DNA of 60,000 nt from Camelus dromedarius (GCF_036321535.1 NC_087437.1:106208001-106268000); one strand, 5' to 3'; positions 41,925 through 55,666 are shown, counted from the stretch's first letter. Notes: generated by a model not told the origin, from the sequence alone. Made by a program: numbers and translations.

Positions 41925-42135
41925 CCTTCCAGCATTTTCTGTAAAGGGCCAGACGGTAGATACTATAAGCCATACAGGCCTTACGGTCCCTGTTACGGCT
42001 GCCTGGACTCCTTAGCTCTGTCACTGTGGTATGAAAGCAGCCACAGACAACAAGCAGATGGTCGGGTTTGTGTTATTTACAAGAACAGCAGGCACAGCCA
42101 GGATCTGGCCCACACGTGTGGTTTCCCAACTCTTG
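41925..42135. mobile_element. MER58A-like DNA transposon
   Basis: ttttctgtaaagggccaga...gaaagcagccacagacaa...ggatctggccca. Confidence 0.75.
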
Positions 42136-42561
42136 ATGGTGGAGCATGAAACAAAGCACCCATCTAACACCTTTTGTCAGAAATTAAGCTAAATGTTGTC
42201 CATGCTTTGATTTGCTTTGGCTTGGGGAATGCCGTCCTCTGGCATCGCCGAGTACCAAGGGGATACGTGAGGCTCCAAGATGCCTCTTCAGGCATCCCTA
42301 CCTGCACACAAGATCAACTTCTTCAGCGTAAATGATGCAGATCCCTATTGTGGGGGAAAAAATAAGCGGTGCCTTAGCTTTCCTAACAGAAGAAAAGCCA
42401 TATAAGCTAGAGGATTCACTGTATGCAGTGTCAACGTCTAGTCTCTTATGTCAAACACACATACGTTACCTTAGAATATTGTAAACAGCTAAAAAAATCA
42501 CTGTGCAAAGAATGCTTTCTCCCACATGTAGGATATAGTGTTGAGCACTCATTTTCCAATT

Positions 42562-42567
42562 ATTAAA
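42562..42567 (+). terminator. Candidate JAM2 distal poly(A) signal ATTAAA
   Basis: ATTAAA followed about 25 nt later by a U/GU-rich tract; another ATTAAA lies at 41062-41067. Confidence 0.3.
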
Positions 42568-42738
42568 AGTATATCCACCTGGGTCTGGACTTGTGTTTCT
42601 CTTTGCTTTTATTTGAGGGGCTTGCACACTGACAACTGGTAGAATCCCATTATAACTCTTAAGAGCATTTTTATTTTGTTTTTGTGCAGTGAAGTTGTGT
42701 TGTGTAAGGGTGAGGGCTCCCGAATCTTTAATAGCAGG

Positions 42739-42762
42739 TTTTGTTTTGTTTTGTTTTGTTTT
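42739..42762 (+). repeat. (TTTTG)n microsatellite
   Basis: ttttgttttgttttgttttgtttt. Confidence 0.85.
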
Positions 42763-43500
42763 AATTATTATCGTTGCTGTCGTAACTAGACTTAATTTAT
42801 TTTCAGTTGGAGGTTTAACCTAACTAAATCTGGAACAACTGATTGTTTTTCCATACAGCTTTGCGAAGAACTTCCTTCATCTCACAGGTGGTTTTGTTTG
42901 ATTGCAGGCTACGTTAGTAAAAATAGCTGAATTTGTTCCACTTTTCACCCCACTGACTGGTGCAGGGGAAGGCATCCACCTATTGTTCAGTAAAACCCAG
43001 GAAACACTCCCTCTTACCGTCCGTGGCTACAGGGCTAGCACGTTAGCGGCTTGAGATGAGAAGCTCCTAGAACACCTCCCCTTCAACCTCAGTAATCTCT
43101 GGCCCGTCCACCCCTCCCTAATCTCACAGCCTGTCATGTTCTCTGTCTTCCCTTTTCCCTCGCCCAGTCTAAATGCCACGGTGGGCCATTTCATCCCTTC
43201 ACCACAGATGCCCAAATCTTTCATCTTATTTTTGTCAAGATTGAAGCTAACCACGATGAATACATTTAAATTCTATCACTACCACTACACCCTCCCTATC
43301 TCTAAACTCCATTTTTAACCTCCCGTTTATTCATGACACATTTGATGACTGTCACTACTTTTATCTCACCTGTCTTCTAGGAACTTCCTTCCTCAAGTAC
43401 CCTCTCTCAGCAATTTTTTTTTCTTTGAGTTTTAGAAATAATTCCTATCATACTTAAATCCACAAATTCTATAAAAGCAGTATATTGGTAATACCATATT

Positions 43501-44580
43501 TTTTTAATTTTAAAAATACATATATATTTTAAAACTTTTTAAAATTTTTATACAATTTTAAAGGTTACTTTCCATTTACAGTCATTACAAAATATTAGCT
43601 ATATTCCCCATGTTGTACTAACATCCTCGAGCCTTTCTTACTTTGTACCTCCCACTCCTCCACCTCTGCATTGTCCCCCACCCACAACTGATAACCACTA
43701 GTTTGTTCTCTGTATCTGTGAGTCTGCTTTTTTGTTATATTCATAGTCTGTTGTGTTTTTTTAAATTCTACATATATCAAATAGTATTTGTCTTTCTCAG
43801 TCTTATTTCACTTAGCAGAATGCCAAGTCCATCCATGTTGCTACAAATGGCAAAATTTCATTTTTATGGCTGAGTAGTATTCCACTGTGTGAGTGCGTGC
43901 ACGTATGTGTGTGTATACAAACACACACACACACATACCTTTATCCAGTCATCTGTTGGTAGACACTTAGGTGGCTTCCATGTCTTGGTAACTATAAATT
44001 ATGCTGTTGTGAACACTGGGGCACATCTATCTTTCTGAATAAAAGGAAAAACAAATGAATGGAACCTAATTAAACTTAAAAGATTTTGCACAAAAAGGAA
44101 ACCATCAAAAAACCAAAAAGACACCCTACTGAATGTGAGAAAATATTTGCAAATCAAATGACTGATAAGGGATTAATATCTAATACATAAAAACAGCTCA
44201 AACAACTCAACAGCAAAAAACCAAACAACCCAAATTAAAAAATGGGCAGAACTGAATATACATTTTTCCAAAGAAGAAATGAAGATGGCCAATAGGCACA
44301 TGAAAAGATGTTCAACATTGCTAATTATCAGGGAAATACAAATCAAAACCACAGTGATATATCACCTCACCCCTGTCAAAGTGGCTATCATGAAAAAGTC
44401 TACAAATAACAAGCACTGGTGAGGATGTAGAGAAAAGGGAACCCTTGTACTGTTGGCAGGGATGTAAATTGGTGCAGCCACTGTGGAAAACAGCATGGAG
44501 GTTTCTCAAAAAACCAAAAATACAACTACCAGATGACCCAGCAATTCCACTCCTGGATATATATCCAAAAAGACCAAAAC
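43501..44580 (-). mobile_element. L1 with 5' inversion (twin priming)
   Basis: Antisense 3' end 43501-44040 abutting a sense ORF2-end segment 44041-44580. Confidence 0.88.
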
Positions 44581-45653
44581 CAATCATTCTTACTAGCAAT
44601 TTTAATCTCTCCTGTTCTAAAGGCTCCTTTCCCCCTCAGCCTCTCCCTCTCCCATGCCATCAGTCCAACAGTTACTGCGGGGTTACTCTCTTGATCATCA
44701 TCAACTCCCTTCTCTTTCTCTCCCATCCCCTTGCTAAAAATCTTTCACTCTTTTCTTTTACATAACCCCTCACAGAGGTCTAAACATTTTAGTCTGAAAT
44801 TCAGGGCCTCCCCCGACTCCCACACATACGGATCTGGTCATATTGTCACATCTACATGTTCCGCTACTCTTAGTTGCCTTATGCACCCATCAAACTGAAC
44901 TAAGTTCACTCCATCTCAACAACCCTTTTTACCTCCTCCTCTACCTGGAACACAGACTCCTAATCACAGGATATGTAAATTCTAGTTCCTCTTCATGGCT
45001 CAGCTGGAATTCCATCTTCTCTATGAAGCCTTCCCTGGTGCTCCCCACTAAAAGAAGTTTCTTTCTTTGAATTTCCATAGCACTTGATTGGTTTTCTCAT
45101 GGCACTTTTGGTTTTATTTCACAATACAGTTATGTATATACATCTCCAGCATCACTACCTATCTAGAAGTACTTTGAGAAAAGAATCATGTTTTTATGTA
45201 CATCTTTAGAAGCCCCGAAGTATTTAACTGTATCTAATGTGTAGTCAGTGTCTAAAAAATGCTGAATTTTTAAAGATCAAAATAGCACTTGTGAAAGGGT
45301 CATTTAAAGAGTATTTATTGATAGTTTTTCCAGATTTAGAATATTAATAAAATGTTACATTCTGCAGTGTTATAATCTAGTTCATTTATTATGCAAAGTT
45401 ACACAAATTATTGTTCCATGAATTAAGGCTGAAGAGAAATTATTTTCCTCTTATCTTACTCCTTTTAGTTATTAGGCATCAATTTCCACATAGTTCTTAA
45501 AAAGATCTTAAAATATTTCTCCACTCTAAAGTTTTAAAATACAACTTTCTATCTTGTTTCTTATTATATTATGAGCTTGGGACATTTTGGGTAGTAGTAA
45601 TTGGTCAGGAAATTTAAGATAAACTGTAAAATTTTATATACTTGTACTTTTAT

Positions 45654-46202
45654 TGTTGATCCTAAGTTCGTGTGCCCCAAGCACAGTGAGGTCAGAGCAA
45701 AATATGAAAGTTTGGAGCAGAGAAAGGTTTACTGCAAAGGCCATGCAGAGAGATGGCTTGTGCTCAAAAGGCCCAAACTCCCTGAGGATTTTCAGTTTTT
45801 TAAAGGAAAAATTTGGGGTGAGGGCTTCAGGATGTGTGACTCTTATGACCGGTTGTGGTGAGGTAACAGGGTGATGTCTCTGGAATCTCACAACCTTCTG
45901 GTTCCAACCAGTCTGAGGTCTGTGTGCTTGTGGTCAGCAGGTAGCCTCCGTCCTCCACCGAGGTGGGGGCTTAGCTTCTGCAGAACAATTCAGACCCGCA
46001 TCAGCCTGTTCCCTGTGTCCCTCAGGAGGGGCCAGGAGTCCTGGGACTCTGCTCTCCTACCAACTGTTGAGCCTGCTCTTTGGAACTCGGGGAAGGCCTA
46101 GGAGGGAGACTAAAGCCGTTTTTTTCTCCTACAAACAAGAAACAGGGGAAGTGAAAGGGTTTTTGTGCCAGGGAGTGCCCTACAGGGTCCTGTTTGGTTT
46201 CA
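45654..46202 (-). mobile_element. Solo ERV LTR between JAM2 and ATP5PF
   Basis: TG...CA termini, ~550 bp, GC-richer than flanks, ERV1-LTR-like motifs (gtttggagcagagaaaggttta, gggtcctgtttggtttca). Confidence 0.7.
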
Positions 46203-48702
46203 CCTTCTATTTAATCTTATGTATTACTTTTTAGTATGTCATATTTTTATTAACCAAGTTTGAAAAAAAAATGTACTAATTAAGACATACTAGTGTATAA
46301 TGTCCTTATACTTTCTACTAAGAATATTCTCTCAAATGAATAGTTGTGTCAACCAAGGATTTGTTAAAATACTCTAAGATCACAGGCAGATGGTTTTAAA
46401 GTTCCATTTTACAATGTTTTCAACACTGAATGTGCTTCTTAAAGATGGCATAAAAATTGAGATTTTTCTTAAGATCTGTAGTTGGATTCCTAAAGTTGCC
46501 CCGTCATTTAACTTTTCAAGTTTCTGTTCCTTCCAAATATTTAACTACCATGAATTATACTGAAGTTGCTGTAGGTCAAAAAATTTATTTTTCTCAATTT
46601 TAGGATAACATATAGCAAAGAGAATGAAAAAAGTTTTATACATAAAGATATGATATATTCATGAAACACATTGTTGATTGGGACTTCTTCTATTGCTGGA
46701 AGGCTGAAGATAAATACCTCACTTTCTAAAGAAACCCGTAAGTGATCTGGGTATAAATGCCTGCTTTGATGTTTAGGAAGAGACAGTGGTGCTACCCTGA
46801 AATTATTACCCTGGTCCTCTCCCCTTCATCCCACCACACAAAGTCCATGAACTTTTATATATTGATACCTTCATTATGTACAGGGCTGAACTGGGGCTGG
46901 GGGGCGAGGAATGGACAGACACAGAGAACAAAGTGTCCAAATTGTGTTAGTTTGTCAAGTTGTGAGTTCTATTCCCCAACTCATCCCCAAGGCTAGTAAT
47001 GAGAATTTTAAAGAGAATCACCAGCAAAAATTGAAGGCACCTGCCAAGAAGCAACTAGCTATTTGAGCAGTGAAGGAGAGTTGGAAAAAGATATCCAGGG
47101 AGAGAGCAGGGGAAATGGTGAGGCGCCTATCTTCCCACAATGTCTCAGGGCAAAGATGTAGGCATCTTTGAAAGTAGTTGACCTTGAGCTTTCTTGTCAC
47201 GTCTGGGAGCAAACATCTGAAACAGAGACTGCAGCCTGTACCACTGGGGTGGGAGCTAAGGGGAGTCTGGAAGAGGTGGACTGGACTCTACCTCCCATTT
47301 AAGGTAATCTGTATAATATGGAGACTTTCTAGCCCAAAGAGCCCTCCAAGAACTCACACATTAACCCAACCAAAGAGAGCCAGTACTTATACAGGCCTGC
47401 TCCACCAAGGGCACCGACAATCAGAGAAACAGTAATAGTCAAAAACAAAAAAGAATCCTACATTGAATGGATTTAAATAAGTAAAAATTGCCTAGAACAG
47501 AAGTCCTCTTTATTACCATTATTAAAGGTAGCACTGGATAGGCAACAGGCAGGGACCTGTCCACTTTCAGTTCTCTGTACCTTTCCCCAACTCAAATTCA
47601 CTCTTCTTGTAAGTACAGTCTTCTTAGAACTCCAGTCAGACTGGATTCAAGCTCACCCTAACAACCTCATTTTAACTCAATCCCCTTTAAAGGTCCTACC
47701 CTCAAATACAATCACAGTGTTAAGTTCTGAGACTTGGGGCTTCAACGTCTGAATTTTAAAGGAACACAATTCAGCCCACACCACCAGGCAAGGGAGAAAA
47801 ATGCCATTTAAACAGCTTAAAGCCTAGAAGGTTGAGGTTACTTGTAGTAACACATAAGGTGGCCCCAAATGGTAAGTGCAGGATGAGCAGCACACTGACA
47901 GGCTGAAGTGACAGAAAGGCTAGAGGTTGCATATTTGGGGCAACCTCACCAGAAAGAGGAAGGCGCTCTGAAGATGAGGCCTTGGTTAACATGCATGACT
48001 TGAAGCACCACTATAGCATTCCGTTGGAAAAAACAGAGCATTTCTTGGGCCCAAATCAACTATAGACACATAACCCTATGATGCAGTGCACAAGAGGAGG
48101 GTGCTTAACACAGTATTCTCGCAGTCAGCCACGAATCGAGTCCTTCTGCTGACATAAAGAAGAGACTGTGATGTTCAAGCAAACTTCAAACAGTTTTGAG
48201 ACAGATTAAAAAAAAAGATGTGAAGAAATACATATGAGATGATAAAAGGTAAAATTCAACCAAACTCTTCAGTAGGAGAGGGCTGCATGCGTGGAAAGGG
48301 TCGGTCCCTTCTCTACCTCGACTGGCAGGGGCACTGCTGACCCCAGGCTGCTGGCCGGCCACAGCGAGGTGGAGAAGAGCCATTTCAGGGCAGGTCAGAG
48401 AAAGGACCTGAGCTAGACCTCCTCAGGTACCTTTCATGGTGCCGGAACCCAACACGGAATTCCATGTCATCGCCTACAGGGACTTAAGTAAAAGTAGTTC
48501 CGCTGACCCTCACTGCTTAGTGTCATTTGAAGAAAACTGGGTGGTTTCCTCCTACTACTTTACCGTCCCCAACTCCACTGCTTCACATCTTACTGTTTAA
48601 CCACACTCACATTATTAGGAAATATTTGTGGATCTTTTGAGAAAGGTATTCCTCACCAGGTTTGACTTCAGCTAATATGGCACACCAGACTGAAATATAC
48701 TC

Positions 48703-48792
48703 TTTTTTTTTTAAATGGAGGTACTGGGGATTGAACCCAGGACCTCATGCATGCTAAGCATATGCTCTGCCACTGAGCTACCCCACCTCCCC
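48703..48792 (-). mobile_element. tRNA-Ala-derived SINE (camelid-type)
   Basis: Reverse complement tagctcagtggcagagcatatgcttagcatgcatgaggtcctgggttcaatccccagtacctcca plus poly(A). Confidence 0.9.
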
Positions 48793-49565
48793 TCTTCTGA
48801 AGTGAGCTAACCTCACAAGGAAGGCTGCTTTTCAGACTTGACAGTTTTAAAGAAAATCTCTAAAGCTTTATTAAAGACCCATATTTACTGACCCAAGTCA
48901 GAGACTGTCAGATACAAAAAGGCACAGCTGTTTTCCCCCTTTAAAAAAAATTATTAAAAATAATTTCCGAGAGAGCCACCTAAATTTTGATGTGCCTGGT
49001 ACGCCACTTACCTGGCACATTATCTGCTGGATCTTCCATCACTTGGGCGAAACACCACCTTTCAGCTTAATCTTTTAAAGGAAGTTCCTTGTAGAACCCT
49101 TTTCTCCCCTGCCCCCAGCTTCCCACTATCCACACGGCACTCAAACAGACTCTATGACCAAACGCTGCAAAGGAAGAGGAGGGATCTGGGTTACTGGGAA
49201 AATAACAGCATTTAACATACAAGGAGGTGGAAATTAAAACACAACGGACGTTCCTGTACACATTCACAGTCACACCAGAGCTTCCTGAAATATCAGCCCT
49301 CCCCAGCGAACATTCCTAAAGTCAGGGTGGCTCCCCTCAGGCAATCAGTCTCCACAACAGAAAGGATACCCGGCACACTGAGAAGAGTCTGGCAAGTTAT
49401 CGGCAAGTTGTAACCAATTACTCCAAGGTCTCCACCTGCTTTGTTATAACAAATGGGAGGATCTAAAAACCCAGAATTCAATACACTCAAGCATACATCC
49501 AACATCACCAAATAATTTACTTGGAATCAGAATTAAAAGAACATTTGATAATTGTGAAATGTATG

Positions 49566-49571
49566 TTTATT
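49566..49571 (-). terminator. ATP5PF: ATP5PF polyadenylation signal AATAAA
   Basis: AATAAA about 70 nt after the stop, followed by U/GU-rich sequence on the - strand. Confidence 0.85.
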
Positions 49572-49638
49572 CTGATACTTCTGATCAGCTGTATAATTAA
49601 TCTAAGACAAATTACCAGAAAAATTTTACATTCTCTCT

Positions 49639-49676
49639 TCAGGACTGTGGTTTTTCAACAGCTTCAAATTTGGGCT
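49639..49676 (-). CDS. ATP5PF: ATP5PF last coding exon
   Basis: cttcttag|AGCCCAAATTTGAAGCTGTTGAAAAACCACAGTCCTGA = EPKFEAVEKPQS*; total CDS 164+125+38=327 nt (108 aa). Confidence 0.96.
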
Positions 49677-50197
49677 CTAAGAAGAAGGAAAAAAAATGTT
49701 CAAGCTTAGCTACGCTGCAATAAAATGCATTTTCTAGAAAGATTCACTATTTAATTCATCAATCTTCTGATTAAAAAAAATCCACATGGAAATGTAACAA
49801 CTGCTTAATATTTATTCAGGCTCTCTATTAATTAACTTTACATATATTATGTCATTTAACTACAACTACCATATGAGGAAGATAGTATAATTCTCTCCAA
49901 TTGTCAGATGAGAAACAGGTACCAGGCAACTATTCAAAATCACACAGCTCATGACTGATAATGTCAGAATTCAAAATCAAGGAGTTTGATTTTAGATTCC
50001 CACCAATTAACCTCTATGTTATGTGATCTCCTATTCCAAAAGCGAACATTTATCCCAGAGCTTCCCATGCACAAGTCACTGCCTTATAAATTTACATATA
50101 ATCGTCATTTAATCCTTTGAACAACCCAAGTAAGTAAAAATATTCTCCACTTAAAATCACCTCCCACAAGAATGAATCTGTGACTAAAAAGACTTAC

Positions 50198-50322
50198 CTT
50201 CAAATGTGAAGTTGGGGAACGTATTCATGTCTGCTTTGCCATACATTTGCTTAAGCTTAAAAAGCTCCCTGTCCAGTTCTTGCTGATATTCTGCGCCAGT
50301 ATCAACAGGTCCTGCAGATGTC
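50198..50322 (-). CDS. ATP5PF: ATP5PF second coding exon
   Basis: caacag|...|gtaagt; 125 bp; TSAGPVDTGAEYQQELDRELFKLKQMYGKADMNTFPNFTFE. Confidence 0.97.
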
Positions 50323-51611
50323 CTGTTGTAGAAATGATCCAGTAAAAGCTTATTTTAAGCATTAGTTTACAAAACCAAAATTACTTTTCATAATCAGGTT
50401 TCATAGATCTAAATGTAGAGAAAAACAGACTTTTCAAGTATTTCCACTTGAATTTCAATTCGAAATATTTTAAATATGATGAGGTCTCACATAAATGAGG
50501 CAGCTTTAAACAAACCTGTAACATTTAAGGTTTGTTAGTATCAAGGATACTTATTACTCTCTCAGGGCCTAAGGTGCAGTAAGGTGTAAAGGCTAAGTCT
50601 GCAGGCTCTGGGGTGAATGACAGCTCCATCTCGACGTCAGCTCTACAATTTAGTAAACTGCGTGAACTACAGCAAGGCATGACACACTCCAAACTTTAGT
50701 TCCTACACCTACAACTGCGAGTCTCACCTGACAGTGGTGTTGAGAGAATGAGAGATTCATCATGCACATGTGCCACTCAGCTCAGTGCCTGGCACACAGG
50801 GGGCTCTCAGTTACCCACTTCCACTGTGACTTAAATCAACCACCACAGAACGGATTTCAAGAGATCTTAATACCTCTAAGTCTCTATAATGGGGGCCTAA
50901 TAAAGAAGCAAATTATTCCATGTACTCAGAGGTTTTGCCACTTAGAAGGAAAAAAATAACATTTATAAACATTTACGCTGTAAGGGAGTTAGGTGAAAGC
51001 TTCAAAAACACGTTTTAACAAAAAGCTACTCGAGTTGAGGGAGTACTTGCGCTAAGCTAATCAGGAAAACTTCATTTTAAAAAGGTGGCATTGGTGGCAA
51101 AGCAGGCATTTGAGTCAGATTTAATTTGAGATGATCGAAGACTGAAAAACCAAGGATGAGGATGTGATAAAGCACTGGCGGTATGTGGAGAATACTAGGC
51201 AGTCTGGACGGAAAAGCCAGCAGGACCGAGACCACGGAAGGCCAGAAATGCTAAGCCTGGGAGTTTGTATTTTGTTTGCTAAGCAATAAAATGGCAAAAT
51301 TAGAGTTGTACTTTGGGAAGATCAATACAGCATCACAGACCAGCCGTGGGGCCAATTAATCTAATTATTTGCACAAATTCTTCTGTTTGTCATAATGTTA
51401 CTGCCCATTTATCAATGAACAATGTAGTAAATAAAAAATTTACAAGTGCAAACTCCATCAAAGGTAAGTATTTTCACACATATCTATGATAAAAGTATAG
51501 GGTCCTATTTATTCATACAAAATTTTCACAAAAAAATACCCAGCCAGCTCTAATTTAAGAACTTGTTAATGATGTTTCTTGTCATGGATCCAATTTTCTT
51601 CTACGTCAGTA

Positions 51612-51801
51612 TGTGCACTAGAACTTTCCACGATAACAGAAATGCTCTGCATTTGTGCTGTCTAATACAGCAGCCGCTAGCCAGAAAGCCAGTGAGCACT
51701 AGAAACGTGGCTTAGGAGGCCACGAAACTGAATTTTTATTTATACTGAATTAGAATTTGAATAGCCACGTGTGGATAATAGCTACTGAGATATACAGCAC
51801 A
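51612..51801. mobile_element. MER3-like hAT DNA transposon
   Basis: gaactttcc...tgtgctgtctaatacagcagcc...gtgagcactagaaacgtggct...aatagccacgtgtgg...cagcacag. Confidence 0.75.
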
Positions 51802-52729
51802 GTTCCAACTGAGCCTTCAACCAGATACTTTAATGACTGTCACCCAGCTCTGGTATCCACAAGCTTCTAGAAACATTCACTCTTCTAAGCTGCCTTCCAA
51901 AAGGCACCAGCTAGAAAGGAACATTCCTTCCTATGAACTCCCAAACATTGAATGTGTCACCAGCCTAGCTTCTAATTTATTTTACCTTACTCTGTATTTA
52001 CTTGCTTACAAACTTTCTACCCCATCAGACTTTAAGAATACTGTGGAAACACAACGTGGCATCTTCCTTCGTGGCCCACCACTGTTAATATTCCAGTGCT
52101 TTGCACGTGGTAGACAACTAAATAAAAGCAAATGAAACTCTGAATTGATCTATTATCACTTTCCAAAGACTTGGGGGTTGAACCGATGATGCCTAAGGTT
52201 ATTATTCATCTCCAAAACTGTGTGGTTCTATAATCATGTTTTTCCTGGACTTGCTTTATGCCATTTTAGTCTTCTGCTATTCCCAGAAATATATAACTAT
52301 GGAAATAACATTAAAGGAAAAATACTGTGTTTATAAGTTTCCCCAAAATCATGATGTCACAGAAAAGACACTAAACTGAGTTAGAATATTTGCTTTAGAA
52401 TATTTGCTTTACCCACAATTAATTTTATGACCTTAGTCTAATCAATGTCTCAGGGGCTTAGTTTTCTCATATATAGTTCCCAAATGATTTCCAAGAGACC
52501 ATGTACTTGTATAAATTGATTCTAGTTTATAATAAACGATTTTATATAAATTTTGAAACTCAAAAAGACCCTCATCTTCTCTTAGCGCACCTACCAAATC
52601 TTTATCAGGAATCAGCTCAATGAAGGTATTAGACACTTGCAAACACCAAGTAATTTTTTATTACCATCTCAAAACTTACATACTTTGAATACTCATGTTT
52701 ACATCATGGTTGATTATCTAACCACTTAC

Positions 52730-52893
52730 TGTCGCTTATTTCTATATTCTCTAATCTTGTCCACGAAGAGCTTCTGAACAGGATCAAGTTCCTTATTAAA
52801 TGCCACTGCTGTAACACCAATGTTCCTCCTCAAAGAGACCGAGACTGCGGCCTGAAGGACAGAAGAGAGCCTGAAGAGCCTCTGAAGGATCAT
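52730..52893 (-). CDS. ATP5PF: ATP synthase peripheral stalk subunit F6 (coupling factor 6), first coding exon (exon 52900-52730, ATG at 52893)
   Basis: cag|AATCACCATG...|gtaagt; MILQRLFRLSSVLQAAVSVSLRRNIGVTAVAFNKELDPVQKLFVDKIREYRNKRQ (mitochondrial presequence then mature NKELDP). Confidence 0.98.
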
Positions 52894-54354
52894 GGTGATT
52901 CTGTTACTGGAAACAAGCACCAGAAACTTAAGAAACTCTGAAATACATATAACTGTAAGACACCTCTAAATATGCTATAATGGGCATTTCATTCTACTGA
53001 CTGCTACAGAACTTAAGTCAGACCACAACCCAGTGAATACCCAGAACAGTCACCCCACCATAGCTCCCTTCCCCTCTCTACTCCCCAGTGCAAGTTTTTT
53101 GCTTCTTAACCAAAAGGCCCAGGGACCCAAGCAGCAGTTATGAAGCACTCAGGCCTGTGTGCAGCTCCACTAGAATTAGATGCAGAAAGAAAGCTTGAAA
53201 CCTGGGTCGGAGTGTTTCTTCTCCATGACTTTAGTCTTGAAACAGAGGAAACAGTCGAGTTAAGATGTCAGAAAACTGTCTACCCTCAGCAGAAAAAGAA
53301 CAATACTGATTAACCAAATTAAAGAACCAGGTTTCTCTAACTCCCTCAAAAGGCAAAATGGGGCTGGGCAGGGAGACTGGAGATAGTTGCCTCAACCTCA
53401 TTTTCTACTTCATAGGCCCACAGAAAGGGAAACAGCTCTGCCTGTTACAATTGTAGGATTCCAGGCATTCAAGAATACTGTAACAATCAAATCCAAGTCC
53501 CACAGAACCAGCAACTAGTCCAAAGGAGCTCACCAATAACAGAGGGAAAATCAAGCAGTACAACCTAATCAGTGAAATAGAATTTGTGAAGAAAGTCTGA
53601 ATTTTTAAAATAAGGACTTAAAGACTTCCAAGTCCTTAGACTTACCGAAGCTAAAATACGTGATTTTCTAACTAAAAAAATTCAGTAGATAAATTAGACA
53701 ATCTCAGTTGAGATCTCATTTACTGTCTTGAAAGATCAAATGCAAAAACCACAATTATATGTAGAAAGGAATTCCAAAAAAGGAATAAGGAGACCATAAA
53801 TAATTAGAAGAAATTTCCCCAGATTAAGAAAGACTGAGTTTATTAAACTGAAAGGGATTACTAAACCCTATGTAGGGAAAAAAAATTTTTTAATTAAAAA
53901 AAAATATGGAAACTCTGTACTCTCCACTTAATGTCTCTTAAACTTAAAACTGCTTTAAAAAATAAAGCCCATTAAATAAAGAAATAAAGACATAAAGAAA
54001 TAAATCCTATGTTGGAATGATGATAAAGATTCACACCTCAATATAGCCTGGTAAAATTTCTGAACCTTAAAGTGAAAACCTGACATGCTAACATGATTCT
54101 CCTGGCTTCCCCCAATTACCTAAAAGCAATAAAATGATAACCACTGTCATACTAACATAGGGCTGCTATTAAATTACAATACTACTGCTCAAGATGCGGT
54201 CTGTGGACCAAAGGTCGTACTGTTACTGGTTTATAGGAATAGCAAAATGGGAATGAGCATTTAGAAACTTTTACAGCAATGTGACACATTAATTTATATC
54301 TGCTGAACTTAATAATAAAAATTAGAGTTCATATTTTGTGTGTCTTCATTAACC

Positions 54355-54537
54355 TTAGAAGATATCTGGCAATGTCTGAAGACGTCTGGGATATGGGTGA
54401 GTATTACTGGCCTCTAGGGGGTAAAAACTGAGATGCTGCAAAACATCCTGTAACAGTTACAGTAATAGTAACAGCCTACCTACAACAAAGAACTATCTGA
54501 TCGAAAATGTCAACAGGGCCAAGGTTGAGAAGCCCTG
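54355..54537 (+). mobile_element. MER20 fragment
   Basis: tggcaatgtctgaagac...actggcctctag...acaacaaagaactatc...ggttgagaagccctg. Confidence 0.75.
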
Positions 54538-55487
54538 AAATGGCACATAAAAACCACCAAAAGAAATCCTACAATCAACAAAATATCCTTCCCCTGCCAG
54601 AATGAAAGCAAAGTATCTGAAGAAATTAAAGAACTCATCATACATCACTCTTACACCCCATCAGAGAAAAATACTTGAGAAAGACTCCAAGCAAAAAACT
54701 AAAGACCTTAAGATGCTACTTAATCATTCCCATTTTACATATACAGAAACTGAGGCTTGGTTAGTACTTGTTCCCAGTTCACACAATAGAAATCCGACTG
54801 GACACAAATATATTTTTGAAATTGTTCAACTCAATGTATATTTTCCCTTTTGGCAACTTAAAGACACATTTAACACTCAGCAATAAGATCACCTAACATT
54901 TGCTCAGCTCTAGGTATTCTGTAAAGTACTTCCATACATATTCTCTCCTGTACCCTTATGGCAATATTGTTAAGAAACACAGGAAGGTGTTATCCCTCCT
55001 TTACAGATAATAAAGCAAAGTTTAAGAAAGGTTATTAACTACCCATATTTCCACAGTTAATTTACTCTAAGTCTAGATGATGGCAAAGACCATGTTATTC
55101 CTACTGCAACATGAGTACAATCCATCTTCTTGTTTTCTAAGTATTAGATGATTCCCAAATCACACCTCGACTTTTGGTCTTTTTCTGAACTTCAAACCTA
55201 TACCTTCAACATCTCTCATCCTTTCATAAGTCTTTACAGGGACCTAAAATTTAACTTACCTAAAAAAATGAATGCATAACCTATCAAAACTTGTTCCTTT
55301 TCCTTTATTCCCTTCCATTATTTCCCCCACTGATTAAATATCTAATCAGTAAGACACTTGTTATTACACCATTAGATATAAAATACCAACCGTGATTAAG
55401 TTCCCTATTCCATTACTCTGGGAGGCCGCGCCAGCCTATGACAAGAAATTTGATACAGAAAAACAGGGGAAAGCAACAAAACGGCAC

Positions 55488-55666
55488 GGCATGCGCAGAG
55501 GCCTGGTGGTGAGTGAGAGTATGCATCCTGCTTACGGTGATGACTGACCAAAGGTTAGTCCTTTCGCTGCCTCTTCTACACATAATCCTGAAGTCAATCC
55601 AAAATGCACCTAACTATGGCCCCGCTCTTTTTCCGTTTTGGAAGCCGTGTTGTGTTCGCATGCGCA
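55488..55666. promoter_or_regulatory. Two additional NRF1-like sites in ATP5PF intron 1
   Basis: GGCATGCGCA at 55488-55497 and CGCATGCGCA at 55657-55666. Confidence 0.6.

Noticed and set aside
44321..44765. ORFs with L1 ORF2 C-terminal similarity ([12 protein letters not shown])
   Set aside because: Fragment of the truncated, inverted L1
52381..52410. 14-bp tandem duplication ttagaatatttgct (similar short repeats near 11462 and 13015)
   Set aside because: Ordinary slippage duplications; not a spacer-separated array, so nothing CRISPR-like
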